Assembly: GCA_018823705.1 (NCBI GenBank)
Contig: JAHJHP010000031.1
Location: 1,982 to 65,981, forward strand
Reading direction: 5' to 3'
Source: Candidatus Omnitrophota bacterium
Lineage (GTDB): Bacteria; Omnitrophota; Gorgyraeia; 2-01-FULL-45-10
Length of the DNA: 64,000 nt
In this document: positions 19,053-28,486 of the stretch, in pieces
How the letters are laid out: each line of letters opens with the position of its first letter
How positions within the stretch are numbered: position 1 is the stretch's first letter
Translations under genes and position numbers: made by a program
The notes under the pieces: model-generated
Told to the model about the DNA's origin: nothing
Database searches by the model: none
What the model saw: only the letters and a program-made list of their open reading frames with translations

Positions 19053-19670
19053 ATGATCTGGATGATAAAAGGCGGGCCGGTTATGATACCGATAATATTC
19101 GGTTCCATACTCGGCCTGGCGATAATAATCTGTAAACTTTGGCAGCTGTACGGGATCAGGATGGATGCCGAAAAGTTTACGGAGGGCGTCATATCCAGAG
19201 TTCGTCTTAAACGTTTTGACGAGGCTATCGAATACTGTTCCCGTAACACACGATATCCGCTCGCCATAACTTTGAAAGCCGGTCTTGAGAAGAGAACCCT
19301 GGCCGTTCATGAGATAGAGAAGGTCCTGGAGCGGGTCGGAAATACCCAGGTAAAGCGGCTCGAAAAATATATAGGCGGCCTGATATCGATAATCGGCATA
19401 GAACCGCTACTGGGATTTTTGGGAACGATCACAGGGTTAATAAAAGCCTTCATGGCGTGGGAGAGGGCAGGGTCGAATGTAACCGTATCCCAGCTGGCCG
19501 CCGGGATATATGGGGCGATGGTAACGACCGCGGCCGGCCTTATCGTAGCCGTGCCTTTCTACCTGATATGCAATTTCATTATCTCAAGAATAAAATATGT
19601 CTCCTACGAATTGAGTGATTCTTCGATGCAGCTTGTCGAGGCGATAGTCGAAGCGAAACACGGCGCATGA
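19053..19670 (+). CDS. MotA/TolQ/ExbB proton-channel family protein
   Basis: GGPVMIP, PLLGFLGTITGLIKAF, LAAGIYGAMVTTAAGLIVAVP. Confidence 0.92.
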   Translation: MIWMIKGGPVMIPIIFGSILGLAIIICKLWQLYGIRMDAEKFTEGVISRVRLKRFDEAIEYCSRNTRYPLAITLKAGLEKRTLAVHEIEKVLERVGNTQVKRLEKYIGGLISIIGIEPLLGFLGTITGLIKAFMAWERAGSNVTVSQLAAGIYGAMVTTAAGLIVAVPFYLICNFIISRIKYVSYELSDSSMQLVEAIVEAKHGA

Positions 19671-20107
19671 TTACCATAAGAGGCAAGAAAGATTATCTGG
19701 TGGCGCTCGAGTCCGTCGCGATGACGGACATAGTCATGAACATGTTTATATTCTTCTTCATCTCGTTCAGCCTGATATACACGTTCAATCCTGTAAAGAT
19801 GTCGAAGATTGAAGTGAGGCTTCCGAAAGCTTCCTCCGCCATAGCGCTGGAAGGTTCCGAGAGGTTGACCTTTGTAATCAATAAAGAAGGAAGTTATTTT
19901 ATAAACGAGGAAGAGGTCAGGCCTTCCGGCATAAAGGCAGCCCTTGAGGCGAAATTGAAAGAAAACGCGGCCTTGAGTGTTATCCTGAAGGTCGATGGTT
20001 CCGCTAAGTTCGATAATGTCGTAAAGGCGCTCGATATCATAAACGAACTGAACATACAGAAGATCAGTATAGCGTCTGTCAAGAATGACGAGGGGGCAAT
20101 CCAATGA
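19667..20107 (+). CDS. ExbD/TolR family protein
   Basis: TM helix with Asp (AMTDIV), V.LPKA, periplasmic domain; ATGA overlap with upstream gene. Confidence 0.9.
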   Translation: MITIRGKKDYLVALESVAMTDIVMNMFIFFFISFSLIYTFNPVKMSKIEVRLPKASSAIALEGSERLTFVINKEGSYFINEEEVRPSGIKAALEAKLKENAALSVILKVDGSAKFDNVVKALDIINELNIQKISIASVKNDEGAIQ

Positions 20108-20748
20108 ATGTGATGATAATAGGATGCGGCAGGGTCGGTTCGCAGCTTGCTTTATTGCTGGCTCAGGAAGGCCATAACGTTACGATAATAGATAAAAATC
20201 CGGAAGCTTTTAAGAATCTGGGCGGGACATTTAACGGTATAGCGGCTACCGGCACCGGGTTCGATGAGAAACTTCTCGATGAGCTGAAGATAAACAAGCA
20301 GGACGCTTTCATATCGGTCACCAGCGGTGACAATACCAACCTGATGGCAAGCCAGATAGCCAAGAAGATGTTTAAGGTCCCCAGGGTGATAGCCCGCGTG
20401 TACGATCCGAAGAGAGCGGATATCTACAGAAAACTCGGGCTCGACGTTATAAGCGGGACAACGCTTGTGGCGGCCATGATAAGAGACAAGATAATAGAGA
20501 ACCGTTTTACGAGTTATCTTGTTGAAACTGGCGAGCTTGGCGTTATCGAGATTGTGGTAAACGGAGCTCTTAAAGATAAGAGAGTCAGCGAAATAAATAT
20601 CCCCGATGAATTTCTCGTTACCGTAATAGAGAGAAAGAAGAGGGTTATCATACCGCAGCCGGATGCCAGGCTCGAGATCGACGATAAGGTGATGGGTGTC
20701 GTCAGGACTTCCAGTTTAAAGAAAGTCAAAGAGAAATTTAAGCTATAG
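20104..20748 (+). CDS. trkA: TrkA-family K+ uptake regulatory (RCK) protein
   Basis: IIGCGRVG, D.TNL, VIARV, C-terminal TrkA-C. Confidence 0.9.
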   Translation: MNVMIIGCGRVGSQLALLLAQEGHNVTIIDKNPEAFKNLGGTFNGIAATGTGFDEKLLDELKINKQDAFISVTSGDNTNLMASQIAKKMFKVPRVIARVYDPKRADIYRKLGLDVISGTTLVAAMIRDKIIENRFTSYLVETGELGVIEIVVNGALKDKRVSEINIPDEFLVTVIERKKRVIIPQPDARLEIDDKVMGVVRTSSLKKVKEKFKL

Positions 20749-20781
20749 AAGTTCTTTGGATTAATCTTTAGGAGAAGCCAT

Positions 20782-21447
20782 ATGAATATAGTCATAGTAG
20801 GCGCAGGCAGGATAGGATTTAATCTGGCCCAGAAGCTTATTCAGGATAAGCACACCGTTACCATGATAGAAAAAGACAAGGTGAAGTGCGAAGGCATATC
20901 CATGTCACTGAATGCGTTTGTGATTAACGGTGACGGGTGTGAGGCAAGGTTCCTGGAAGATGCCGAGGTCGGCCGCGCGGATGTTGTGGCAGCCGTTACG
21001 GCGGATGATGAGGATAATCTTGTCATATGCCAGCTCGCTAAAGAAGTCTTCGGCGTCAGACGTACCGTGGCCAGAGTCAACAATCCGAAAAACGAACATA
21101 TATTTACTGAGCTCGGAGTCGATGTTCCGGTCAATGCTACAAAGATAATAGCCAAGATCATTGAGGAAGAGGTCTCTTTTGAGGATTTTATAAATCTGAT
21201 GACTTTCAAGCGCGGCAAACTGGCCCTGGTAAGGGTGGACCTCTCATCAGACTCGCCGATAATAAATAAGTACGTAAAAGATATAATATTGCCCGAGAAT
21301 TCGGTCTTCGTTACGATAGTAAGGGGAGCGCAGATAATCGTTCCAAAGGGTGATACGGTGCTTCAGAAAGGCGACGATGTAGTAGCTCTTACAGCCATAG
21401 AGAACGAACAGGCCCTGTTGGACCTGATGATAGGCAAAGTAGAATGA
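20782..21447 (+). CDS. trkA: TrkA-family K+ uptake regulatory (RCK) protein, second copy
   Basis: IVGAGRIG, DDEDNL, VARVNNP, VPKGDTVL. Confidence 0.9.
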   Translation: MNIVIVGAGRIGFNLAQKLIQDKHTVTMIEKDKVKCEGISMSLNAFVINGDGCEARFLEDAEVGRADVVAAVTADDEDNLVICQLAKEVFGVRRTVARVNNPKNEHIFTELGVDVPVNATKIIAKIIEEEVSFEDFINLMTFKRGKLALVRVDLSSDSPIINKYVKDIILPENSVFVTIVRGAQIIVPKGDTVLQKGDDVVALTAIENEQALLDLMIGKVE

Positions 21448-21587
21448 TAACCTTGATCAAGGCAAGATTAGTCATTAAGAACATCTGGAACGGTATCTTC
21501 GGCATAGCCTCCGAGATATCCCTGGCATTCCTTTTTATCGCCGCGGGATTTGTGGTCTGTTTTTTCTGGTGGAGTTTTTTTAAATGA
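21444..21587 (+). CDS. Small membrane protein, 47 aa (below the ORF-track cutoff)
   Basis: MITLIKARLVIKNIWNGIFGIASEISLAFLFIAAGFVVCFFWWSFFK; ATGA overlaps with both trkA stop and trkH start. Confidence 0.7.
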   Translation: MITLIKARLVIKNIWNGIFGIASEISLAFLFIAAGFVVCFFWWSFFK

Positions 21588-23089
21588 TCCTGAAGCCGAC
21601 ATCTGAAGATTACAAGGTCATAGGCTATTATCTGGGAAAGATAATCATAGGCCTGGGATTATTGATGATGATCCCCCTCGTCATAGCCGCAGCTTATTCG
21701 GAGCTCGAACCCGTCGTAGACTATCTTTTGAGCATATCGGTTGCGCTATTTTTGGGAGTATTGCTTACCGGAGCTTGCCATACGAATAAGGATATCGCCG
21801 CAGGAAATGCCATGTGTATTGCAGCTCTCTCGTGGCTCGTCGCGATGGTCATATCCGCGATCCCTCTTTACCTTAGCGGCCATTACGCCTCGTATCTTGA
21901 CGCATGTTTTGAGACGATGAGCGGTTTCGCCACGACGGGGCTCTCTTTGACCAACGATATGGACAGTATGGCCCATGCTCACATTTTTTGGCGCCATTTT
22001 ACAATGTTCATCGGAGGACAGGGTATAGTGGTGATAGCCCTTACCTTCCTCTTTAGGGGCACTGCCGGAGCATTCAGGATATATATCGGCGAAGCGCGCG
22101 ACGAGAAGATATTACCGAACGTCATACACACGGCGCGTTTTATATGGCTCGTTAGCATCGTATATATGGTGCTTGGCACAATAGCTCTTTCGGCCTCCGC
22201 CATTATTGGAGGGCTATCTCCCGGCAAAGCCATATTCGATTCAGTCTGTATATTCATGGCGGCCTGGGATACCGGGGGTTTCACTCCACAGTCGCAAAGT
22301 ATACTTTTTTACCATAATCTTTCCTTTGAAATTATAACGGTAGTCATAATGCTGCTCGGTTCAATGAACTTTGCGCTTCATTACGTCGTATGGACGGGCA
22401 ATAGGAGAGAGTTGTATAAAAATATAGAGGTAATCACGCTCTTTATAAGCGTCGTTGTGACACTGTCCATAACCGCAGTGGGATTTTTCGGCCACGATAT
22501 TTACGGCGGTGCGGCGGCGTTCTTCAGGAAGGTCTTTTATCAGCTCATATCAGGCCATACAGGGACGGGCTATTCTACGATATACCCCGGGCAATTCGTA
22601 AATGAATGGGGGCCTCTGGCTATGCTGGGAGTGACTATAGCGATGGCGATAGGCGGATGCATGTGTTCGACCACAGGCGCCATTAAAGTCCTGCGGCTCG
22701 GGATACTATACAAAGCTTTACGGCAGGATATAAAGAAGGTACTGCTCCCCGAAAGCGCCGTAGTCGTGCAGAAATTTCATCACATAAAAGACGTTATTCT
22801 CGAGAATAAGCATGTCAGGATGTCGGCTATCATTCTGCTCTCTTACCTGGGGCTTTATATGCTGGGTACCGTGGTAGCGATGTTATGCGGTTATTCCTTA
22901 AGCGAAGCCGCGTTCGAATCAGTATCGGCTGCCGCCAACGTCGGATTATCCTGTGGTATAACCAAGCCGTCAATGCCGTTGGTTCTCAAGATTACGTATA
23001 TGTTCCAGATGTGGGCGGGAAGACTCGAATTCATCGCGATATTTGCCCTTGGCGGCATGATCGTCGCGGCGTTGAAAGGCAAGAGATGA
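21584..23089 (+). CDS. trkH: TrkH family K+ uptake membrane protein
   Basis: FETMSGFATTGLS, IGGQG, TGGF, IGGC..STTGAIK, WAGRLE. Confidence 0.94.
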   Translation: MILKPTSEDYKVIGYYLGKIIIGLGLLMMIPLVIAAAYSELEPVVDYLLSISVALFLGVLLTGACHTNKDIAAGNAMCIAALSWLVAMVISAIPLYLSGHYASYLDACFETMSGFATTGLSLTNDMDSMAHAHIFWRHFTMFIGGQGIVVIALTFLFRGTAGAFRIYIGEARDEKILPNVIHTARFIWLVSIVYMVLGTIALSASAIIGGLSPGKAIFDSVCIFMAAWDTGGFTPQSQSILFYHNLSFEIITVVIMLLGSMNFALHYVVWTGNRRELYKNIEVITLFISVVVTLSITAVGFFGHDIYGGAAAFFRKVFYQLISGHTGTGYSTIYPGQFVNEWGPLAMLGVTIAMAIGGCMCSTTGAIKVLRLGILYKALRQDIKKVLLPESAVVVQKFHHIKDVILENKHVRMSAIILLSYLGLYMLGTVVAMLCGYSLSEAAFESVSAAANVGLSCGITKPSMPLVLKITYMFQMWAGRLEFIAIFALGGMIVAALKGKR

Positions 23090-23571
23090 AGAATCTGTAT
23101 GTCCTGATCATCGCGCTCGTTATGATAGCGTTGCCGCGCCCGGATGTCTACGCGGAAGTGAAGCCTATTACCAGTATAGAGCTTATAAGAGACGCCAATA
23201 GTCTCGATGGTAGCGTTATTACGTATAAAGGAGAGATAGTAGCGGCCATTATGAAGCGGGGAGACCATTCCTGGGTGAATCTGAACGACGGTTATAAGGC
23301 CATCGGGGTATGGTGCAAAACAAGCTCTCTCAGCGACGTAAAGACGCTGGGTGATTATAAGAACGAAGGCGATATACTGGAAGTAACGGGCGTATTTCAC
23401 AGGGCCTGTCCGGAGCATGGCGGTGAATTGGATATACACGCCGAAGCCCTGAGAATAGAGGCCCTGGGGTTTCCTGTGGAAGAACGCGTCTCCATGCGGA
23501 GAGTCAATATCTCCATAGCGTTCTTTATAATGGCTCTCTTAGCCATATTCATGCTTAGAAAAAGGTTATAA
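23086..23571 (+). CDS. Membrane-anchored OB-fold-like hypothetical protein
   Basis: Start moved to ATG overlapping the trkH stop; signal peptide, GDILEVTGVFHRACPEHGGELDIHA, C-terminal TM. Confidence 0.7.
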   Translation: MKNLYVLIIALVMIALPRPDVYAEVKPITSIELIRDANSLDGSVITYKGEIVAAIMKRGDHSWVNLNDGYKAIGVWCKTSSLSDVKTLGDYKNEGDILEVTGVFHRACPEHGGELDIHAEALRIEALGFPVEERVSMRRVNISIAFFIMALLAIFMLRKRL

Positions 23572-23579
23572 AACAGCAT

Positions 23580-24908
23580 ATGATAACTAATCTGAACGAG
23601 GCGAGAGCGATTGCCGCGGAGATGTTCATAAATTTCTCCGATCTTTTGAAGAAGGACGTCATTGCTTTTGACGGAGCATACATAGGAAAGGTTTGGGACG
23701 TATCTTCCAAGCTGGGCGAGATCTATCCTAAAGCCGAGGAGCTCATAATATATAAGGGAACAGTCAACCGTCTTTATGCGAGCGTTCCCTGGCCTGAGGT
23801 AGGGCAGGTGGCGGATGAAATAGTGCTGAATATCAAAAAAGACGATCTGAAGTTTTCATCCGAAATAAAAGATAGCGAGCTCATGCTCAGACGCGATGTC
23901 CTGGATCAGCAGGTAGTGGATACATTTAACCACAACGTGCGCCGTGTCAATGACGTACAGCTGCTGAAGGTCGATCATGATCTCGTTATTGCGCATGTCG
24001 ATATAGGTTTAAGCGGATTATTCAGAAGGCTTGGCTGGGACAAGTTCATAGGCCTTCTTATGAAGCTGGTATCTAAAGATTCATGGCGTTCTAAATCCAA
24101 GGATCTCATTTCCTGGAAATATGTGCAGCCCGTCACTATAAATCCCGCCAGCATGAAAATGAAGTTATCTGTGTCGGAAAAACAGCTCCTCTCCATCCCT
24201 CCGGCAGATCTCGGCGATATCATATTTGACCTTAACCCAAACCAGAGGATGGCGCTATTCAGGGTCCTCGATATAATGACCAAGGCAAAGATATTTGAGA
24301 ACCTGGAATTTGACGAACAGAATTTAATACTTAAGGAGCTCGACAAGAAAGAGGCGGCCCAGATAGTGGGCACTATGTCGACAGACGAAGCTACAGACCT
24401 GCTCGAGAGGCTCTCTCCCAGGACCGTAAATAACCTGCTGCCGCTCATCGAATCGTCGCGGGCGAAGAAGTTATCGACGCTCCTGGGATATTCAGGCGAT
24501 TCGGCAGGCGGCCTGATGACGACAGAATTTGTATCTCTTCCTGAAATGACCCTGGTCGAGGGAGCCATTATGTACATAAAGACCAATACAAAAAATTATG
24601 ACACGGTGCCGTACATATACATCGTAGACGACAAAAACCACCTGAAAGGCGTCACTACTATCAGGAGGCTCTTATTCGCGGATCCTAAAGACCCAATTTC
24701 TAAAACGGCTTTTCAGCAGACCCTTCACGTTTACCTGAATAACAGCGCTAAAGAGATAGCGTACTTCATGGATAAGTACAAAGTATCGGCCATACCGGTC
24801 ATAGACGAGAATAAAGTGATGCAAGGCATCATCACGATCGATGATATATTGAGTCAGGTCATAGCTATTGCGTGGAGAAAGAGACCGCGGACGCCTAAGG
24901 GATTGTAA
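23580..24908 (+). CDS. Soluble PRC-barrel/MgtE-N/CBS-pair protein (MgtE cytosolic region without membrane domain)
   Basis: DVLDQQVVD...RVNDV, PADL, DEATDLL, Y..DSAGGLMT, CBS pair; no TM region. Confidence 0.85.
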   Translation: MITNLNEARAIAAEMFINFSDLLKKDVIAFDGAYIGKVWDVSSKLGEIYPKAEELIIYKGTVNRLYASVPWPEVGQVADEIVLNIKKDDLKFSSEIKDSELMLRRDVLDQQVVDTFNHNVRRVNDVQLLKVDHDLVIAHVDIGLSGLFRRLGWDKFIGLLMKLVSKDSWRSKSKDLISWKYVQPVTINPASMKMKLSVSEKQLLSIPPADLGDIIFDLNPNQRMALFRVLDIMTKAKIFENLEFDEQNLILKELDKKEAAQIVGTMSTDEATDLLERLSPRTVNNLLPLIESSRAKKLSTLLGYSGDSAGGLMTTEFVSLPEMTLVEGAIMYIKTNTKNYDTVPYIYIVDDKNHLKGVTTIRRLLFADPKDPISKTAFQQTLHVYLNNSAKEIAYFMDKYKVSAIPVIDENKVMQGIITIDDILSQVIAIAWRKRPRTPKGL

Positions 24909-24917
24909 GGGAAACGT

Positions 24918-26171
24918 ATGAATAGCAGCGATGCGGTAAAAAAACCTTCTTCATGGAAGAGCCTTCTCATATTCCTGAGCGTGATGGGCCCCGGTATAAT
25001 TACCGCGAACGTTGATAATGACGCCGGAGGTATAGCGACATATTCCGTAGCCGGCGCGCATTTCGGATATTCGCTGCTGTGGATATTCATTCCGATGACG
25101 GTTGCCCTTATAGTCATTCAGGAGATGTGCTCCAGGATGGGCGTAGTAACGGGCAAGGGCCTGGCGGACCTGATCAGGGAAAAGTTCGGAGTGAAGGTGA
25201 CGTTCTACGCCATGCTTGTATTGATATTTTCCAACCTGACCAATACGATAAGCGAATTCTCCGGCATCGCTGCAAGCTGTGAAATATTCGGTATATCCAA
25301 ATATGTATCGGTCCCGATGGCGGCCATATTTGTCTGGTGGGTAGTCGTGAAGGGGACATACAAATCGGTCGAGAAGGTATTTCTCGGAGCCTGCCTGTTT
25401 TATCTCGCGTATGTTATTACCGGATTCCGGGTTGAGCCTTCATGGGGTGAGGTTTTGAAAGAGACGATAACGCCTTCATTTCATTTTAATAAAGCCTTTA
25501 TCCTCATGGTGATGGGTGTCGTAGGTACGACTATAGCCCCTTGGATGCAGTTCTATCAGCAGTCTTCGGTAGTGGAAAAAGGTATAAGCGTAAAAGACTA
25601 CAAATATGCCAGGCTGGACGTGATCATCGGAGGCGTACTTGTAAGCATCATAGCGATGTTCATCATGATATCGTGCGCCGCTACGCTCTTTAAGAGCGGT
25701 ATCAGGATAGAGTCCGCCAAGGACGCCGCGCTTGCGCTGGAGCCCCTCGCCGGCCGTTACTGCTCAAAACTATTTGCGTTCGGGCTCCTGAACGCCTCGG
25801 TATTTGCCGCGATGATACTGCCGCTCGCGACCGCGTACTCCGTATGCGAGGGGCTCGGCTGGGAGAACGGAGTCGATAAACGTTTTAAGGACGCGCCCCA
25901 GTTTTACTTCCTCTTTACCGCGCTGATTATAATAGGCGCAGGTTTCATAATGTTCCCGAATATAAATCTTATAATGGTCATGCTCTTATCTCAGGCGGCA
26001 AATTCCGTGTTTCTGCCGTTCGTCCTTGTATTCATGCTGCTTCTCATAAATGATAAGCGGCTGATGGGCGAGCACAGGAACTCCAGATTTTTTAATATAG
26101 TATCGTGGGCGACGGTTGTCGTAACGGTCTCCCTGACATTAGGTCTTACGATCACCATGTTTCTGGGGTAA
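24918..26171 (+). CDS. Nramp-family divalent cation (probably Mg2+) transporter
   Basis: GPGIITANVDNDAGGIATYS, GKGLADLIRE, GTTIAPW. Confidence 0.9.
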   Translation: MNSSDAVKKPSSWKSLLIFLSVMGPGIITANVDNDAGGIATYSVAGAHFGYSLLWIFIPMTVALIVIQEMCSRMGVVTGKGLADLIREKFGVKVTFYAMLVLIFSNLTNTISEFSGIAASCEIFGISKYVSVPMAAIFVWWVVVKGTYKSVEKVFLGACLFYLAYVITGFRVEPSWGEVLKETITPSFHFNKAFILMVMGVVGTTIAPWMQFYQQSSVVEKGISVKDYKYARLDVIIGGVLVSIIAMFIMISCAATLFKSGIRIESAKDAALALEPLAGRYCSKLFAFGLLNASVFAAMILPLATAYSVCEGLGWENGVDKRFKDAPQFYFLFTALIIIGAGFIMFPNINLIMVMLLSQAANSVFLPFVLVFMLLLINDKRLMGEHRNSRFFNIVSWATVVVTVSLTLGLTITMFLG

Positions 26172-26188
26172 TAATAAAGAAAGGACAT

Positions 26189-26782
26189 ATGAAGATAAGG
26201 CATTATTTCGCGACAGGGTTCCTGATATCATTACCGGTATTCATAACGCTCTATTTAATTTTTATAATATTCCGTTTCATCGACGGGATATTCGGCAAGG
26301 TGATCAATTTTTATATAATGCGGTATCTGGGTTTCACGATACCCGGCGTCGGTATTATAATAAGCCTCATCATAGTATTCGCGGTAGGATTTACCGCCGC
26401 CAACTTCTTTGGCAAGAGGATAATGCACGCTCTCGAAGGCTGGTTTTTAAAGTTTCCGTTCATCCGCCAGATATATCCGGCCGCAAAACAGATAGTCGAC
26501 TCTTTCATCTCCAAAGATAGTCCGGCTTTTAAGAAAGTGGTATTGGTGCAGTATCCGTCAAAAGGGGTCTGGGCGGTAGGATTTCTTACGAATGAGAGTT
26601 TTAAAGAAGCAAATGAGAAGGCGGGCCGGGAACTTCTACACGTATTTATAGCCACAACGCCGAGCCCGTTTACAGGTTATCTTGCGCTCATTCCGAAAGA
26701 GGATGTCCGGTATCTTGACATGTCGATAGAGGAAGGGATAAAGCTTATCGTCTCGGGAGGCATCGTAAAGCCCGCCATGTAG
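26189..26782 (+). CDS. DUF502 family membrane protein
   Basis: YFATGFL..LP, P.IRQIY, VLVQYP, F.ATTPSPFTG, IVSGG; start at ATG behind AAGGA. Confidence 0.88.
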   Translation: MKIRHYFATGFLISLPVFITLYLIFIIFRFIDGIFGKVINFYIMRYLGFTIPGVGIIISLIIVFAVGFTAANFFGKRIMHALEGWFLKFPFIRQIYPAAKQIVDSFISKDSPAFKKVVLVQYPSKGVWAVGFLTNESFKEANEKAGRELLHVFIATTPSPFTGYLALIPKEDVRYLDMSIEEGIKLIVSGGIVKPAM

Positions 26783-26802
26783 GCGCGTTAGAAGCTATAA
26801 TC

Positions 26803-27831
26803 ATGAAAGAATTAATACAGACTATATTGATATTCTTCCTGCTGATGCTGTCCGCCATAACGGCCGCGGCGGAAATCTCCATAATATCCGCGGGCCGGCT
26901 CAGACTCAGGCGTCTGGCATCCGAAGGCTCCAGGCGCGCCGCGATCATCCTGAAGATACTTGAGACGCCGGAACGCTTCTTCAGCACTATCCTGGTATCG
27001 AACAACGTTGTCGATACATTGATAGCGGTCCTTATCACCGCTATCGTTATACGGTTTATGGGACAGGGCGGGTGGGAAGTCGTAACCTCCACAATCGTCG
27101 CGGCCTTACTCATAATAGTATTCGAAGTCACCGCCAAGACTATAGCGGCAAATTATTCCGAGCGGATGTCGTTATATCTCGCCCGGCCTATGAGATTATT
27201 GATAAAATTATTTTCTCCCCTTGTCATCGGTTTCGAAGTGATAATAAACGCGATCTTAAGGGTGATCAGGGCCAAGACGCTCGCAAAGGCGTCTCTGGTG
27301 ACTGACGAAGAGATAAGGGCTATGATCAAGATAGGCCAGGAAGAAGGGAGCCTGCAAAAAGAGAAGTACAGCATGATAACCAAGGTATACGCCCTTCATG
27401 ACGCTGTGGTCAAGACTGTGATGACACCCAGGAAAGATATATTTTCGATCAACGCGCTCGCCGGTATGGACGATATATTGGCGAGGGTGCTGGAATCCGG
27501 ATATTCCAGGATACCCGTGTATACGGATAGCCCCGATAATATATCCGGTATAATAAATATGAAGGATCTTCTGATGCTCTCATCGAATAGAGATCTCGTA
27601 GTCCTGCAGGATATTATCTACCCTCCCACGGTTGTAAACGAATCGAAGAAAGTCACCGAGCTTCTTAAGGAGTTCCAGAAGGGGCATACGCATATAGCGA
27701 TCGTAGTCGATAACCAGAACAAGGTTCAGGGTATCATCACCCTTGAAGACCTTGTCGAAGAGATCGTGGGTGAAATAGAGGACGAGTACGACGTGAGGGT
27801 CAATAATTACAAGGCCAGGCATATCGAATGA
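26803..27831 (+). CDS. CNNM/DUF21-CBS (hemolysin C/CorB-like) protein lacking the C-terminal CorC domain
   Basis: AAAEIS, STILVSNN, VMTPR, YSRIPVY, GIITLEDLVEEIVGEIEDEYD then stop. Confidence 0.88.
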   Translation: MKELIQTILIFFLLMLSAITAAAEISIISAGRLRLRRLASEGSRRAAIILKILETPERFFSTILVSNNVVDTLIAVLITAIVIRFMGQGGWEVVTSTIVAALLIIVFEVTAKTIAANYSERMSLYLARPMRLLIKLFSPLVIGFEVIINAILRVIRAKTLAKASLVTDEEIRAMIKIGQEEGSLQKEKYSMITKVYALHDAVVKTVMTPRKDIFSINALAGMDDILARVLESGYSRIPVYTDSPDNISGIINMKDLLMLSSNRDLVVLQDIIYPPTVVNESKKVTELLKEFQKGHTHIAIVVDNQNKVQGIITLEDLVEEIVGEIEDEYDVRVNNYKARHIE

Positions 27832-28475
27832 AGCGGTACAGGATAGTATATGAAGACGGCCGGCTGATCGTTATCGATAAACCCTCGGGAATGCTTGTAA
27901 TCCCCACCCCGAAGAGAGAGACAAACACTCTTACGGATCTGGTCAATAAAGAGCTGGATGCGCGCGGCGTCGAGGTGAATGCTTACCCCTGTCACAGGCT
28001 GGACAGAGAGACTTCAGGGCTCGTCATATACGCGAAAGGTAAGTCTGCCCAGCATGCCATGATGGAAGAATTCCGCAAAAGGTCGGTTAAAAAGGTGTAT
28101 GTGGCGTTCGTAAACGGCATAGTGAAGAAAAGATTTGATACTATAAAGGATCCTATCTATAATAGGAATAAGCGGAAAACTGATGATGCGGTAACGAAAT
28201 ATACTGTACTGGAGAAGCATGCCGCGTTTACGGTAATAGAAGCCGAGCCGGTCACGGGCAGAACTAACCAGATACGTATACATATGAAGTCGATAGGCCA
28301 TCCGCTTGTGGGCGAGACGGTGTATGCTTTCAGGAAAGATTTTAAGCTGCGCTTTAAAAGAGCCGCGCTTCACGCGAAGCGCATAGAATTTAATCATCCG
28401 GTCACCGGCGAGAAGATGAGCTTCGAATCACCGCTTGCTGCCGATATGGTAAATTTTTTAAAAGGCACGGACTAA
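27828..28475 (+). CDS. RluA family RNA pseudouridine synthase
   Basis: DKPSG, HRLDRETSG, TGRTNQIRIH, LHA. Confidence 0.93.
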   Translation: MKRYRIVYEDGRLIVIDKPSGMLVIPTPKRETNTLTDLVNKELDARGVEVNAYPCHRLDRETSGLVIYAKGKSAQHAMMEEFRKRSVKKVYVAFVNGIVKKRFDTIKDPIYNRNKRKTDDAVTKYTVLEKHAAFTVIEAEPVTGRTNQIRIHMKSIGHPLVGETVYAFRKDFKLRFKRAALHAKRIEFNHPVTGEKMSFESPLAADMVNFLKGTD

Positions 28476-28486
28476 CCGGAGGATTT

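Noticed and set aside
22885-23085. N-terminal extension of the ORF 22885-23571
   Set aside because: Overlaps trkH by 200 nt; the ATG at 23086 gives a signal peptide and an ATGA coupling.
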